Positions 48,821 through 60,370 of a stretch of DNA of 64,000 nt are shown here, piece by piece. The notes beneath the pieces are model-generated. The model was not told the origin of the DNA. It made no database searches and worked only from the letters and a program-made list of their open reading frames with translations. A program made the translations under genes and the position numbers. Location: positions 719,264 through 783,263 of the forward strand of contig NW_008246077.1 of the NCBI RefSeq assembly GCF_000281045.1, read 5' to 3'. The DNA comes from Saprolegnia diclina VS20 (lineage: Eukaryota). Position 1 is the first letter of the stretch, and every line of letters starts with the position of its first letter.

Positions 48821-50602
48821 TTAAAAAAGCTCAAAGCGGCCTGCAGGCGCCTCGGTGGGGGCCGGCTTGTCGCCGCTCAAGTACGTTTTCAGTGAGTCGA
48901 GCTTGCGGCGGTGCTGCAGAAACGCAAAGATCCAGATGTAGAGCACGCCGAGCGCGCACGTCACGGAGAGCAACAGCAGCGGCAAGAACGGATACCGCGG
49001 CAGCAAAATCGGTAGCAGCATCGCAAGGCCAGCGACGCCAACGAGCAGCGTCACGTACGCTGCCTGGAGGCGCGTGAGGCCGATGCCGGCGTACTTGATG
49101 CGCCGCGCCTTGAGCGAGTAGGCGTGGAACGGGTCGAGACAGACGTTGGCAAAGAGGGCGTGCGTCGCGGTAAGGAGCGCGCGCGTGCTGAGTTCGGCCG
49201 GCGTAAACAGCAGTGGGAAGAGCGAAATGTTGCCGACGAGCGTCGCGATGCGGTAGAGCTTGGCGTCCCGCGTGCTCTCGGCCGCCAAGAGGCCGAGTGG
49301 CAACGTGACTTGGAGAATCGCCTTCTCGTGCACGTGGTACCCAAAGAGGAACGAGCAGAGCATGCAGTAGACGAGCGCCGGCATGAAGAGCGACGGGTCC
49401 GGGTACTTGGCGACGTCGCGGAGCACGGGCAACATTGTGAGCAGCGTCAAGAGGAGGCACACGATGGGCGCGACCGACGGCAAGACCACGAAGCTCGCTT
49501 CTTGGACGAGGCCACCGCTCATGGTGCCGACGGGCGACGGCACGCGCAAGAGCGTAGCGAGTACCTTGTCAGCAAACGCGTAGAGCGCCCAGACGTTCGG
49601 GGCCCAGTACGCATGGCAGAGACCTCGCTGGACAGGGAAGAGTCGCGACGCAATCTGCTGTACATGCGCGAGCACGCCACGGGAAGTCGGGTCGCCAACA
49701 ATCACCGAGGCAAAGGCGACGCCAAAGACCGAAATGACGACGGCGCCAAGCGTGAGGAACCGGCGGAAGCGGAAGCGACCTTGGCCGTTCACGAGCGCTT
49801 CGAGCGTTTCCTGGACGTCTGTGTTGGAGAGCGACCGCTTCCGGAGCTGCGCCGACCTCGGCACCGTGTAGCAGTAGTGCCCCAAGAGGTAAACGAAATA
49901 GAGCAGCGCAACGTAGAGGTAAATGTGCTTGAGCATGAGCAAGACCGCGTAGACGAACGCACCTTTGACGTCTTGGCCCTCGCGGATGTACGCGACGCTG
50001 AGAATGAGAAGGCCGAGGAGCATGCCGTTGTACTGGAAGTGCACGTGGTCGACCATGAGGAGCCCGGCGTCGAGGAACGTGAGGAGGAGCACGACGACGC
50101 GCTTGTTCGTGTTGAACGCGACTTCGGTCGTCGTCACGCGCGGCCACGAGTTGCAGTACTTGATGATGCCAAAGTACAAGACGACGTCCGAGGCGATGAC
50201 CGAGAGGCGCTGGAATACGACGGTGCCATCGCTGGCATAGTTGAGCGGCGTGAGCGCGAGCATGGCCGGGTCCACGTATGCGGCAAAGAGCCCAAGACAG
50301 CGTTCAAACCACGCAAAGAACGGCGGGTAGTCCAGCGTCCACTCGCTGCCCGCATCAAAGTACCACTCGGTGCGCGGCAAGGACGCTGTGATCGCGAGCC
50401 AGTTGCGGTGCACTTCAAAGTCGGTGCTCTTGTACGATGGCATCAAGAGCAGCTTCAGAAGCGTGCCGAGAAGGAAGACGCCGAGGACTGGCACGTCGAC
50501 AGCCTTCTCGAACGCAGCCGTCGGCGGCGCCTCAGCGGGTACCTCGGCGGGTGCCTCAGCGGACGGCGCGGCTGCCGAGCGCCCTCCTGTCGGCCGGACC
50601 AT
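48821..50602 (-). CDS. ALG8: Dolichyl-PP-Glc1Man9GlcNAc2 alpha-1,3-glucosyltransferase (intronless)
   Basis: YKSTDFEVHRNWLAIT, SEWTLDYPPFFAWFE, DHVHFQYNG, RLFP..RGLCHAYWAPN, FGYHVHEKAIL. Confidence 0.96.
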   Translation of the reverse strand: MVRPTGGRSAAAPSAEAPAEVPAEAPPTAAFEKAVDVPVLGVFLLGTLLKLLLMPSYKSTDFEVHRNWLAITASLPRTEWYFDAGSEWTLDYPPFFAWFERCLGLFAAYVDPAMLALTPLNYASDGTVVFQRLSVIASDVVLYFGIIKYCNSWPRVTTTEVAFNTNKRVVVLLLTFLDAGLLMVDHVHFQYNGMLLGLLILSVAYIREGQDVKGAFVYAVLLMLKHIYLYVALLYFVYLLGHYCYTVPRSAQLRKRSLSNTDVQETLEALVNGQGRFRFRRFLTLGAVVISVFGVAFASVIVGDPTSRGVLAHVQQIASRLFPVQRGLCHAYWAPNVWALYAFADKVLATLLRVPSPVGTMSGGLVQEASFVVLPSVAPIVCLLLTLLTMLPVLRDVAKYPDPSLFMPALVYCMLCSFLFGYHVHEKAILQVTLPLGLLAAESTRDAKLYRIATLVGNISLFPLLFTPAELSTRALLTATHALFANVCLDPFHAYSLKARRIKYAGIGLTRLQAAYVTLLVGVAGLAMLLPILLPRYPFLPLLLLSVTCALGVLYIWIFAFLQHRRKLDSLKTYLSGDKPAPTEAPAGRFELF

Positions 50603-50753
50603 GTGGGACAAACTGGCAAATTGGGGTAAATCCCAGGCGCAGCGGCAACACGGGCGTGGGAAACGAAATTATCTTGCGCACTGTATGTGATGCCAGCCAA
50701 TTGAATTAAAATACGTCGTCGGCTCGCCACGTCATTCGCCGTTTGTGGTCAAG

Positions 50754-51661
50754 ATGATGTCCTTGCGCACGCTCCTCAAGATGACGCTGCTCCTCGCGGC
50801 GCTCGTCGCCATCCATGGCCTCAAGGAGAAGACCAAGTCGTAAGATGCATGCGCCTGTCACTCGCAGGACGATGGCGGAACATGCGAATGCTAGGGTCGG
50901 TGGCCTCGTGCCCGAGATCGGGTTGACGGAAGCGCAGCTCGCCAAGCTCGGCTACGTCAAGAAGAACCAGCACTCGTCGACGTCGTTTCAAGTAGTTGTG
51001 TATGGCCCACCACATGTAGGTGCTCATCGTAGTAGCGTAGGTGACGCCACGCAAGCATGCGCCGCAGTTCCATGACGTCAAGTCTGTGGTCAACGAGAAG
51101 TTCACGACGGTCTCGCTCGACGACTACAAGGGCAAGTGGCTCGTGCTCTTCTTCTACCCGTTCGACTTTACGTTCGTGTGCCCGACCGAGATTGTGAGCT
51201 TCAGCGACTCGATCAAGAGCTTCCGCTCCATCAATGCCGAGGTGCTCGCGATCTCGACCGACTCGCACCACACGCACTTGGCGTGGATCAAGACGCCCCG
51301 CGAGAAGGGTGGTCTCGGCAAGATGAACATCCCGATCCTCGCTGATATCTCCAAGCGCATCTCATCCGACTATGGTGTCCTCGTCACGGACGAAGACGAC
51401 GAGATGTTTGGTGCGGCGCTCCGCGGTCTCTTCATCATCGACCCCAAGGGCGTGGTGCGCTCGATCCAGATCAACGACGACCAGGTCGGCCGCAGCGTCG
51501 ACGAGACCTTGCGCATCCTCAAGGCATTCAGCTACGCCGATAGCCACCCTGGCGAGGTGTGCCCGGCCAACTGGACGCCCGGCTCCAAGACGATCAAGGC
51601 CGATCAAGAGGCCAAGTACGCGTTCTTCGAGGCGACGTACGGCAATGAGAAGGAGCTTTAA
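50754..51661 (+). CDS. Typical 2-Cys peroxiredoxin with signal peptide (Prx4-like)
   Basis: [33 protein letters not shown]-terminal hydrophobic [13 protein letters not shown]-terminal EKEL. Confidence 0.92.
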
Positions 51662-52215
51662 ACGCTCTCCCTCTGTGGGCTGAAGTAAGCCATTTTGAGC
51701 CAAGAGGTTATGGCTCGTTGCTCTCAACTGCAAGGCGTCCCAACCTACGACTAGAAGTAATTTCCAGACAGCTCGCATACATGGACCATTGTGAGAAACG
51801 TCGATGGAGGCGGGCATCATGCCAAGAGTCGCGGTAACCTTCCGATACGAACGTCATCGCGGCGCCATGTAGCGGACGGCAACAGGGTACGCGGTGCAGA
51901 CGAGACCGCTCACGTCGCTTCGCCGCGGCCTCCTCCACGCAGCCTCCTAGGTCGGGTCAACGGGTCTTTCTCGGGCGACCTAGGGCAAGTCCCTGCGTCC
52001 AGTCGCTCGTATCACATCCAGCCAAACTCTAGCCCGCATGATTGTCACGGGACGGCAGTCGACTAGACGCATGCCCCATCTCGCTCACAAAGGCTTCTTG
52101 ATCGTCCCACGCTGCGCCGCGACTGTTCCGAGACTACACGTTAATCAAATATATTGAAATAAACAGCGCTGGTGCCAGGTCTATGCGGCGACGCAGTTTC
52201 TGCAGAGGCGCAAAT

Positions 52216-52455
52216 TTACTCTTCCTTCTTCTGGGGGAAGCCGTGCTTGAAGTTCTGGAACTTGCAGCAGCCGACCGTGACGACCGCGCCACCGCCGACG
52301 ATGGCGATGATGCCGGCGCCGATCGACTTGGAGTTGAACGGGCCGTCCTCGAACACGCGGTGCTCGTGGTGGTGGTCCTCGCCCATGCGGCGGGCCGAGC
52401 GCGAGATGCCACGGGTCATGGGGGCAGTGATCTTCGAGACGGAGCGGGCGAACAT
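52216..52455 (-). CDS. Small single-pass protein with mitochondrial presequence
   Basis: 79 aa. R/S-rich presequence MFARSVSKITAPMTRGISRSARRM, then a His run, one TM (IGAGIIAIVGGGAVVTVG) and a basic tail; strong codon bias. Confidence 0.75.
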   Translation of the reverse strand: MFARSVSKITAPMTRGISRSARRMGEDHHHEHRVFEDGPFNSKSIGAGIIAIVGGGAVVTVGCCKFQNFKHGFPQKKEE

Positions 52456-53089
52456 GGTGGAGGTGGTGACTGAAGAGGCAACTGACTGGTTCCAAAATGG
52501 CCACACGACGGGTGTTGTGTAATCTCTGCCTCTGAAAAGGCATACCTCGTGAACGGTCGATTTTTACTCTTTTATCCGATTATAGAGGTTTTCCGGTGCG
52601 ATTGCAGTTTTTTTGGCCCGGCGCCGAAGGCCAGCGTCGACACCCGCCAACCAGCGGATGGTCGCGACGGTTGCTCATCCAAGATGGCACAAATGCGACG
52701 GTGGGACGCGTGGCCGGCGACTGGCAAATCGCAACCGCTCGACCGCGATGACGACGACGACGCATATTGCTGCTGTGTCTACCAGATTGATCGGCGGCCG
52801 AGCGAGCGAGCCGCGGTGCCACTTGGCCGTGAGTGGTCAGAGTTGTACGTGACCGCAGTATAGACGCGGGTCCCGCCCGAGTATAGAACCGGTCCAAGGT
52901 CATGACGTTGCCGCAGCGACATAAAGCTGACGCTTTTGGCAACGAGGCAACACTGGTCTGCATCACATGGGTCTGCATGAGCTGTGTCCGATGACATGGC
53001 AGGTACACACAATGGTGTGGGCACGGCATGGGCATAAGACCATCAAGACGACCGAGAAATGGACTACATTCGGGATACATCGATGGACC

Positions 53090-54149
53090 TTAGTCGCGCT
53101 TGACGAAGTCGCCGACGATGGGTGCGTGCAAGAGCAAGGACGCTGGGTACAAAGTGCTGGCACTGGCGTCGTACATGCTGAGCCACTCTTGGAGCGCACT
53201 GCGGCACGCGTCCGTGTTCTTGAAATCAGCGACGAGCCCACGTTCTTCGCACGCAAAGACGAGTTCATTGTGCGAGAGCTTGTCGAGGCCTTCCTGAAGC
53301 AAGAGTCGATCGTCGATACCGATCTCCAGCGCCCGCGTCCGGAGACGGTCGACGAGCTTGGCCCGCGGCAAGAATGTGTAGAGACGCACCAACGGCGACG
53401 CAGACGTGGCGAGCACGAGGAGCTTGAGATGCGCCGTTGGCAGCTGCTCAAGAACACCAGGGCCTTCAAAGAGCTTTTGGTACTCGACAAGAACCTTCGG
53501 GTCCAGCTACAACGTCAAGCCATGAGCACGGTGCAAGCATACAAGCAACGAAGTGGTAATACTGTACCTTGGTCAGCTTCTTTTCGTGGTAGGACGCGAG
53601 GACAGACTCGAGGAACGGGTCCCAAGTCGCAACAAGCTTGGCGACATCACCGTAGTACGCCGCCTTGGTCGTGACGTCTTCGGTGAAGAACTGCGCTTTT
53701 TGCTCGGGCGTCCAGAATTGCCACGGCAGCGTGAGCTTTGGAAACTTGTAACCGATCAGAGGCGCCAAGTTGCCGAGGAGCGGAATGCCAAACGCAAAGA
53801 GGAGCGGGATCGACTTGAGCAAGTCGCGCGGGGCTTGGCGCAGCACAAACATCTCACGCCGAGAGAGCACCGTGTCGGGTTTCTCGTACAGCTTGCGGCG
53901 GCTGGCCCACGCCTCCTTGTTTTCGTGCACGAGCTCCTTGGCGCCGTTCGTGAACGGAGCGAGCCATAGCTTGAGCTTCTGGAACGGCGAGAGCTGCTCG
54001 TCCGCCTTCTTCGTCTCGTTGGGGGAGGACGTCGAGTAAAAGTGCAGCGCCAGCGCAGGCCGCCCGGGCGCTGCACCGTGCATGCACAAGGCGATGAGAC
54101 CTGACGGGCGGCCGCGTGCCACACGCGTCAACGACGTCGTCGCCAGCAT
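53090..54149 (-). CDS. LETM1-like domain mitochondrial protein
   Basis: LSRRE...LRQ..RDLLK.IP...F.IP.LG, and DDRLLLQEGLDKLSHNELVFACEERGL. Confidence 0.85.
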
Positions 54150-54479
54150 TTCAAAAAAAGGATTTTAGTGGTTGGCGGATAAAATCACCCAACTCACATT
54201 GCACTTTCGATGCCGTCCAACAACGCGAACGCTGTTCCAAGCACAAAGAGGCGGTTGTGGGCTCCATCTTTTGTGGCCTTTGCGCGACCCTCGTGTCGTA
54301 CGTCTAAACGAGGTCTCATGGGTGCTCTGCGTGCTGTCGGTGTGGGCGCGTGTGAGCAGCCCTCTGCGCCGCAGGTTCCGGCACGATTTATTTTAATTGA
54401 CTGGATTGTTGTAAGTCACCGTCTTTGGGATTATTAAAAACGTCACACTGGTTGTGATTGGTCATTTTGTGATCCAGCG

Positions 54480-55207
54480 ATGCGGGCTTTCCCGGGCTTG
54501 CGGCGACCCGCACTTGTCCTCGTCGTAAGCCCCCATGACGTGCTCGAGCCGGCAGCGCTAAAGCAAGCGCTCCGAACCTTGACCATCGACGCTATCCAGC
54601 TACGGAACAATCCCGATATGCCCGTACCTAACTCGATCTACATCAAGACAGCCACCCAACTCGCGGCCATGCGCGGCCGGCGAGGCCGGTGCCCGCTGCT
54701 CATCCTCAATGCGCCTTACGATACGAGCTTTCAGCACCTTTATCCCGAGGTTGCCGATGTATTCCATTATCCCGAGCGCACCATCATGGACACCGCGGTG
54801 GCGGACGACCTGCAACGCGGGCCGTCTATCTACGGGTTCTCGGTGCACTCGGTGCCTTCCGCCCGCCGAGCGATCAAGCTTGGCGCCTCTTACCTCCAGG
54901 TTGGCGTGAAAGCATGCTGCCAACATCGTCTTCACTTGCGTGCGACTAGGTCGGCACGATGTTCCCCACGGCGTCGCATCCTGAGAAGAAGGTCGTCGAA
55001 GGACCTGCGCTCATCCACGAGATCCACAAACGCTTTCCGAACGTGCCACTCATCGGCATCGGTGGCATCGACGAGACCAACTGCGCCGAGGTCCTTGCGG
55101 CTGGTGCGAGCGGCGTCTCCGTCATCCGTGCCATCCTTGCGGCAAAGGGCCCCAGCACCGTGGCCGAGCATCTCCGGCGCGAACTCGATACTCGCCGTGG
55201 CGACTAA
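54480..55207 (+). CDS. Thiamine-phosphate synthase ThiE/TenI family protein
   Basis: AIQLR, GFSVHS, GASYLQVGTMFPTASHP, PLIGIGGI, GASGVSVIRAI. One intron at about 54900-54949. Confidence 0.85.
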
Positions 55208-55744
55208 GCCAATCTCTCAAACTCGCTATAACGCATCAGCTAAACATTGTTCCTGATGGCTACACACAGAGATGTAGGTGCATCTCGCATTCGTGGCTGA
55301 AGTTGGCATTGCCCGTGGCTGGGCAAGGCGAGATGCCTGGCCTCAGGTTCTTTCGCCCATGACAGCGTGCCACAGGGCAGTGCTTCGTAAGCGACATGGC
55401 ATCCGTCGGCGACAGGAGCGCGTCGCCCGCGCGGCTATGGCTCGCATGAACGTGGCGCTTCCGTCCGCTCTCCCCGCTTCGTGTGTTTGGCAGTGCAGGT
55501 GAATTTATGGAATTCAAATGTTCAAAGCCCCGTGTCTTTTTTTGTCGCCAATGCCTGTCACATACAAAGAGCAAGTGAGTGCCAGTCAATGGTATATAAA
55601 TTAAATAAGTTGGGCTTGACTTGCATCGCAATTTCCTTGCAGAGCGGCCGGCGCTGATCCCCATCTTGGCCAAGGACGATTGAAGAGGGTATGGGATGCT
55701 TCCTGAGTGATAGGGACGGACTCGCGCTGTAGGACGGACGCAAG

Positions 55745-58700
55745 ATGGGCATTCTCGACGGTATCTGGGCCTCCATGGGCGGTCCTGCGCGCCAAGCTGC
55801 GGTCTCGTTCGCTTCCGTGGCCAAGAGCGACGATGAGCCCGACCTGTACGAAGAAGACGGCGACTTCAACTCGGCGTGGCGCTACTATGACAGCGCGCTT
55901 GCTACAACGGAAGACGCAGGTACGCCCGTGTGCGCTCGAATCGCGACAGCATGATTGCCATGTTAGAGCGGGCGCTGACCGCGACACCCGTCCAGAGCTT
56001 CGTGCTTTGGAACGATCGAACCGATGAAGCTAATGCGCTCTTCTTGACGATACACATGGAGGTAATGTCATTGCGGTCCCTTGCGCACGCCTCGTATGCG
56101 CTATCTTAGCCGCGGACCTTTGAGCACCACTCGCTCGGCCACCTCGTGAACGGCTGGAGCCTCATGCAGCCGTGCGGGAAGAAGACATGCTCTGGCATGG
56201 ACTGCGCGTCGTGCTACTCGATCCTGCACCTCGATGAGGTGCTCTCGACCGCGTACGCCAATGTTTGCTGCTTGGACAGGAGGTGCTCATGGCACCGACG
56301 TCGCAGGTACCCGCAAGCGACGCTTGGTCTGCGTCGCGACCATACCAATCGTGCATCGTACCTGGAACACGTTGCATGGTATTTCCTTTCCGATACATCT
56401 GTCGTCCAAGTGTCCTCACGCATCCTGGCAGGTGGGCGGGTGCGTCGCCATCGATCGAACTCGTCGTGCCCCGCGCCCCGATCCTCAATGACATGCGTTG
56501 CGTGCACCACGTCGATACGTCGACGTCGACCTCCATTGTCACGATCACCCTCGTGCGCTCGGCCAGCACTCTCTGCGCTGCCGGGATCACGCGCGGCTTT
56601 CGCCTTCTCTCGGTATATACATTCGTCGATCACATCGACGGCGTTGACCTTCAAGTGTGTAGGTCGACGAGACGCCGATCCATAGCGTCCACGGTGTCGC
56701 GGCCGCCGTCGCAGCGTCCGACGCACCGTTTGTCCGCTTGCACCTGCACGCCCCATGCGTCCCGTCGCCGTCATCGATAGACGCCCCGACGCTCATGTGC
56801 GACACGTACCAAGTGACGTTCGCACCGCTCCCGAGCCGGGGCATTGAGCACCTTGGCGACGTCGGCCTCCGCTTTCGCAAGATCATGGACACGATCTGCG
56901 TCGTCGACGTCACTGGGTACGCTGCGTCCCGCCACGTCCGCCGCGGCAGCCTCGTGTTGCGCATCAACGGTCTGTCCCATTGGTGTCCAAACCGTCGATT
57001 TCATCCAACAAACTGTAGGTACACGGACGCCCTTTCTGAGCTTTGATCGGCTCTCTGAGTTTACAGCGAGCAGCGCTTTCTTCCGACTGCCCTTGACGCT
57101 CGACCTCGTCGCGCTGCCGCAGGAAACGTACTTTATTGACCGGGAGAAGGCGCTCATCTCGGCGTCGCTGGCCGCGTACCAGATGGCCAAGGTCGCCGAG
57201 CACGTGCGTATCCATTTGCATACGTTGCAGCCACACGTGCTCTGCGCCCACGGGCTCGCCGACGCCTTTGACACGAGTGCGTTCGCGGCGCTTGGGCCCA
57301 ATGCGCGCCGTGCGATCCTCCCGTTCGTGGCACCCCGCATGCTCTCGAACGTCCCGATTCCCGCCGACATGGTGCGGCTCCTTGGCGTGCTCAAGGCGCA
57401 TTTCGGGCGCACGGTGGCTCTGGGCAACGACGCGATTGAAGTCGTGCTCTTGATTGTGTACAGCTTGTGCTACGTGGAAGAGGTCTCGGTGCACCGCGAG
57501 GTAGCAGACGCAATGTGAGGCTGGTACAAACACTGTCTATCTGTAGGCGGTGCACGCATTTCGCGAGCTCATCAAGATGGTGCCCATGGCGTGCCTCCTC
57601 GAGTACGTTCTCCCGCTCATCTCGACGCTCAAGAGCAACAGCAAGACGCTGCTGCGTGCGGCGTCGGTCTCGCTCTGGCTCGAGTTTCTCCGGCGTCTTC
57701 AAACCCAAGCGATGCTCCTTGATGCCGACGAAGACGAACGCATGCCGGGCATCTCGATGGCCGACATGGACCACCTTCGGTGGCGCCACCAAGTGCTCGA
57801 GGCGGGTGTGGCCTTTGCCGAGCTCTCGTCCGACTTGGAACCAGCCGTCTCGTGCTCCGCAAGACAGCACTTGACGTCACTCGTCCAAGAGCTTATCGTG
57901 CCCGAGCCCTCGGACAGCGTGCATTGGTGCTGGCTCATCCCGCTCGTCGAAGCGCTCTCCAAAGCACTTATGCCTGATGGCCGCCTCGATGCGCTCCACC
58001 TCACGTACCAGCTCGCGCCATGGACGTCGCCGGACCAAGCTCACTGGCGCTGGCGCCTCGCGCTTGTCTTTGCGAGCCTTGCCAACGACGGCAACGACCT
58101 CATTCGCAAGGTCGCGGCCCAAAAGTTTGTATCGTTTGTCGAGTACCTCCAGATCCAGGTACGACATTTGATACCTGGTGCCCCAGTGTTCGACGGATAT
58201 CGGTATTAGGACTTGTCGGCCTTGTACGATGCGACCACGATCACGAATGCGCCACTGAGTCCGCAAAACTCGCTTCTCGAAATGTCCGACATTCGGTACA
58301 CGGAGCGCGCGCTCAGCGTGGCCAAGGAGCCCAAAAAGAAAGCCGACGACGACGACCGACCGCGCGGCTTGTCGGCCATTTCGTGGCTCGGGTCGGCGAG
58401 CATCGACAGTGACGGCTCGGACTTGCGGCGGCGCTGCATGAGCCTCGACAGTTTGCACCAGATCACGGCCGGCGACAGCACGCACCACGTGCTCTTTGCT
58501 CTCATCGACGGCTACATGAACCTCATGCATGTACGCTCCTCCTGCTTCAAGACGCACGTCGATGGTGGGGCGTAGGATGCGCCGACCGAGATCAAGAAGA
58601 TCGTGTGCCGCAACGTCGGCCGCGTCGCCGAGCTCTTTGGCCACGAAATCCTCATCAAGTTTCTCGTGCCGACGATCCAAGATGTGATCGCGATGGACAT

Positions 58701-59656
58701 GGACGACTGCAAATGCCACGGCAGCAGCGCCGTGTACGACTCGATCCACCACGTACGTCGACACGCATGACGTCGGCCGCGTCATCACCTCTAGATTTTG
58801 ACGCGGGAGCTCTGTCGGCTGTCGCCACTGTTTGTTGACGACCCGGACGGACTCGCTTGCGACGTGCTTCCGTTCCTTATTGGTATCCTCACCCACCCGA
58901 CCCAGCACACGCACGTACGATCGCACTCGCACAACCGCCTCTGCTACCTCTATGATATGCATAGGTTGTGGTCGAGATCCTCGAAAACCTCGACTACTTG
59001 GGCTTTGTACGCTGCGTCCCATGTTTTCTCGGGGGCTGATGCAACAATGCTGCATTAGGCGCTCGGCAAAGCCACGTTTCTCGCCGAGCTCGGACCTGTT
59101 CTCTGCCATGCGATGGAGAACGGCGAGTGGAAGGTGCGCGTGGCAGTCGCATACAACCTTGGCCCGCTCGCGCGCTGGCTCGGCGCGTCCATCTTTATGC
59201 AGCACTTTCAAAAACTCGTCGAGACGCTCTCGCAAGACCTCGTGTACCAAGTGCGCAACCTGGCGCTGCAGCCACTCCAGCTGCTCGTGGAGCAGGACGG
59301 TCCGTGGCGCGCGTACGCCCTCGGCTTTGTCTCGTCCGTGCTCGTGGCGCATGCCAACTATCAAATGCGCGTCGGCACCCTCTTGTGGTTTGCGGTGCGT
59401 ACTTGCATGTGGTTGTGGCGGTTGCCTCATCAAGGTGTCGTAGGCCGTGCGGGAGCATCTCGACGCCGACAACCAAGCCACGTACGTTGTACCGGCGATT
59501 GAAGTGCTGGCAAAGGACCCGGTCGCCAATGTCCGCGTCGTATGCGCGCGGGAGCTGCACACGCTGGCGCTACCGGCGGACGTTCTTGCGTCGGTCGTCG
59601 CCACCTTTAGCGCCGATGCCGACATGGACGTGCAGTTCTTCGCCAAGGACACGTAG
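55745..59656 (+). CDS. Large protein with PDZ domain and C-terminal PP2A-A-like HEAT repeats
   Basis: PDZ-like GSLVLRINGTRTPFLSF...LPLTLDL; HEAT motifs EWKVRVAVA, QDLVYQVR, NYQMR, KDPVANVR, DADMDVQFFA. Confidence 0.7.
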
Positions 59657-59751
59657 AGGGCCGCGATACCATGTTGTCATATATTTGAACGTCATCTAGC
59701 GTGTTCGGGATGGGGCAATCGATGGCGCGGGCCAAATGCACGACAACGACT

Positions 59752-60057
59752 CTACCACTTGGTCAACTTGTTGCGCTCATCGCCCAACTTGCGGACTTCC
59801 TCGACCTTGTCGTCCAAATAAAAGTTCATCGGCTCCTGGATGGCCTGGATGTCCTCCGGGAGGTACGCGCGCTTGAAGCTCAAGTCGGACGCACGGACGA
59901 GGCGGCGCTGGCGCGCGACCTTCTCTTCCTTGCCGAGCCACGAGACAGCCTTGTTGACCTCGGCGACCTCGACGAGCGCGTCGTCGTAGCGCAGGCCGAG
60001 CTGGCGCAGGCTCTTGCCGACCTGGCGCTGGTACAACTTGGCGAGGGCTCCGATCAT
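59752..60057 (-). CDS. QCR7: Cytochrome b-c1 complex subunit 7
   Basis: LRQLGLRYDDAL.E...V.KA...L...E..AR.RRL.RA.DLS.K..YLP. Confidence 0.93.
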   Translation of the reverse strand: MIGALAKLYQRQVGKSLRQLGLRYDDALVEVAEVNKAVSWLGKEEKVARQRRLVRASDLSFKRAYLPEDIQAIQEPMNFYLDDKVEEVRKLGDERNKLTKW

Positions 60058-60370
60058 GTTATTTCGAGGTTGGACAGTCAGTCGGGTTCTGAGGGCGCCC
60101 GTGCCAGCCACCAAACGAGAAATTCCCCCCACTTTTGGCCAATCACAACGCGCGATGCCCGCAACCTGCCGCTTTTTATAGCATCGGCGGCGTTCCGGCC
60201 TCTCAAAACCCATACATGCGTCTCGTGTCTTTGTGATGTTTAAAACACTGCGCCAGGAGACAAGATAGAATGCCCAAGACACTGAGCTGGCCAACGGTCG
60301 TGGGCCGTGTTTAAAACAGATTTTAAACACAAAATAGGAAGGTCCCGAAAGGTTGCCCTTGACGACAAGG

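Noticed and set aside
52549..53080. Short ORFs between the microprotein and LETM1-like genes
   Set aside because: No coherent exon chain or motif could be built.
40757..59656. Functional cluster of phosphatase genes (B55, CX5R fusion, PP2A-A-like)
   Set aside because: The genes are separated by many unrelated genes and there is no evidence of coordinated clustering.
52216..60057. Mitochondrial gene cluster or NUMT (microprotein, LETM1-like, QCR7)
   Set aside because: These are ordinary nuclear-style GC-rich genes interspersed with others.
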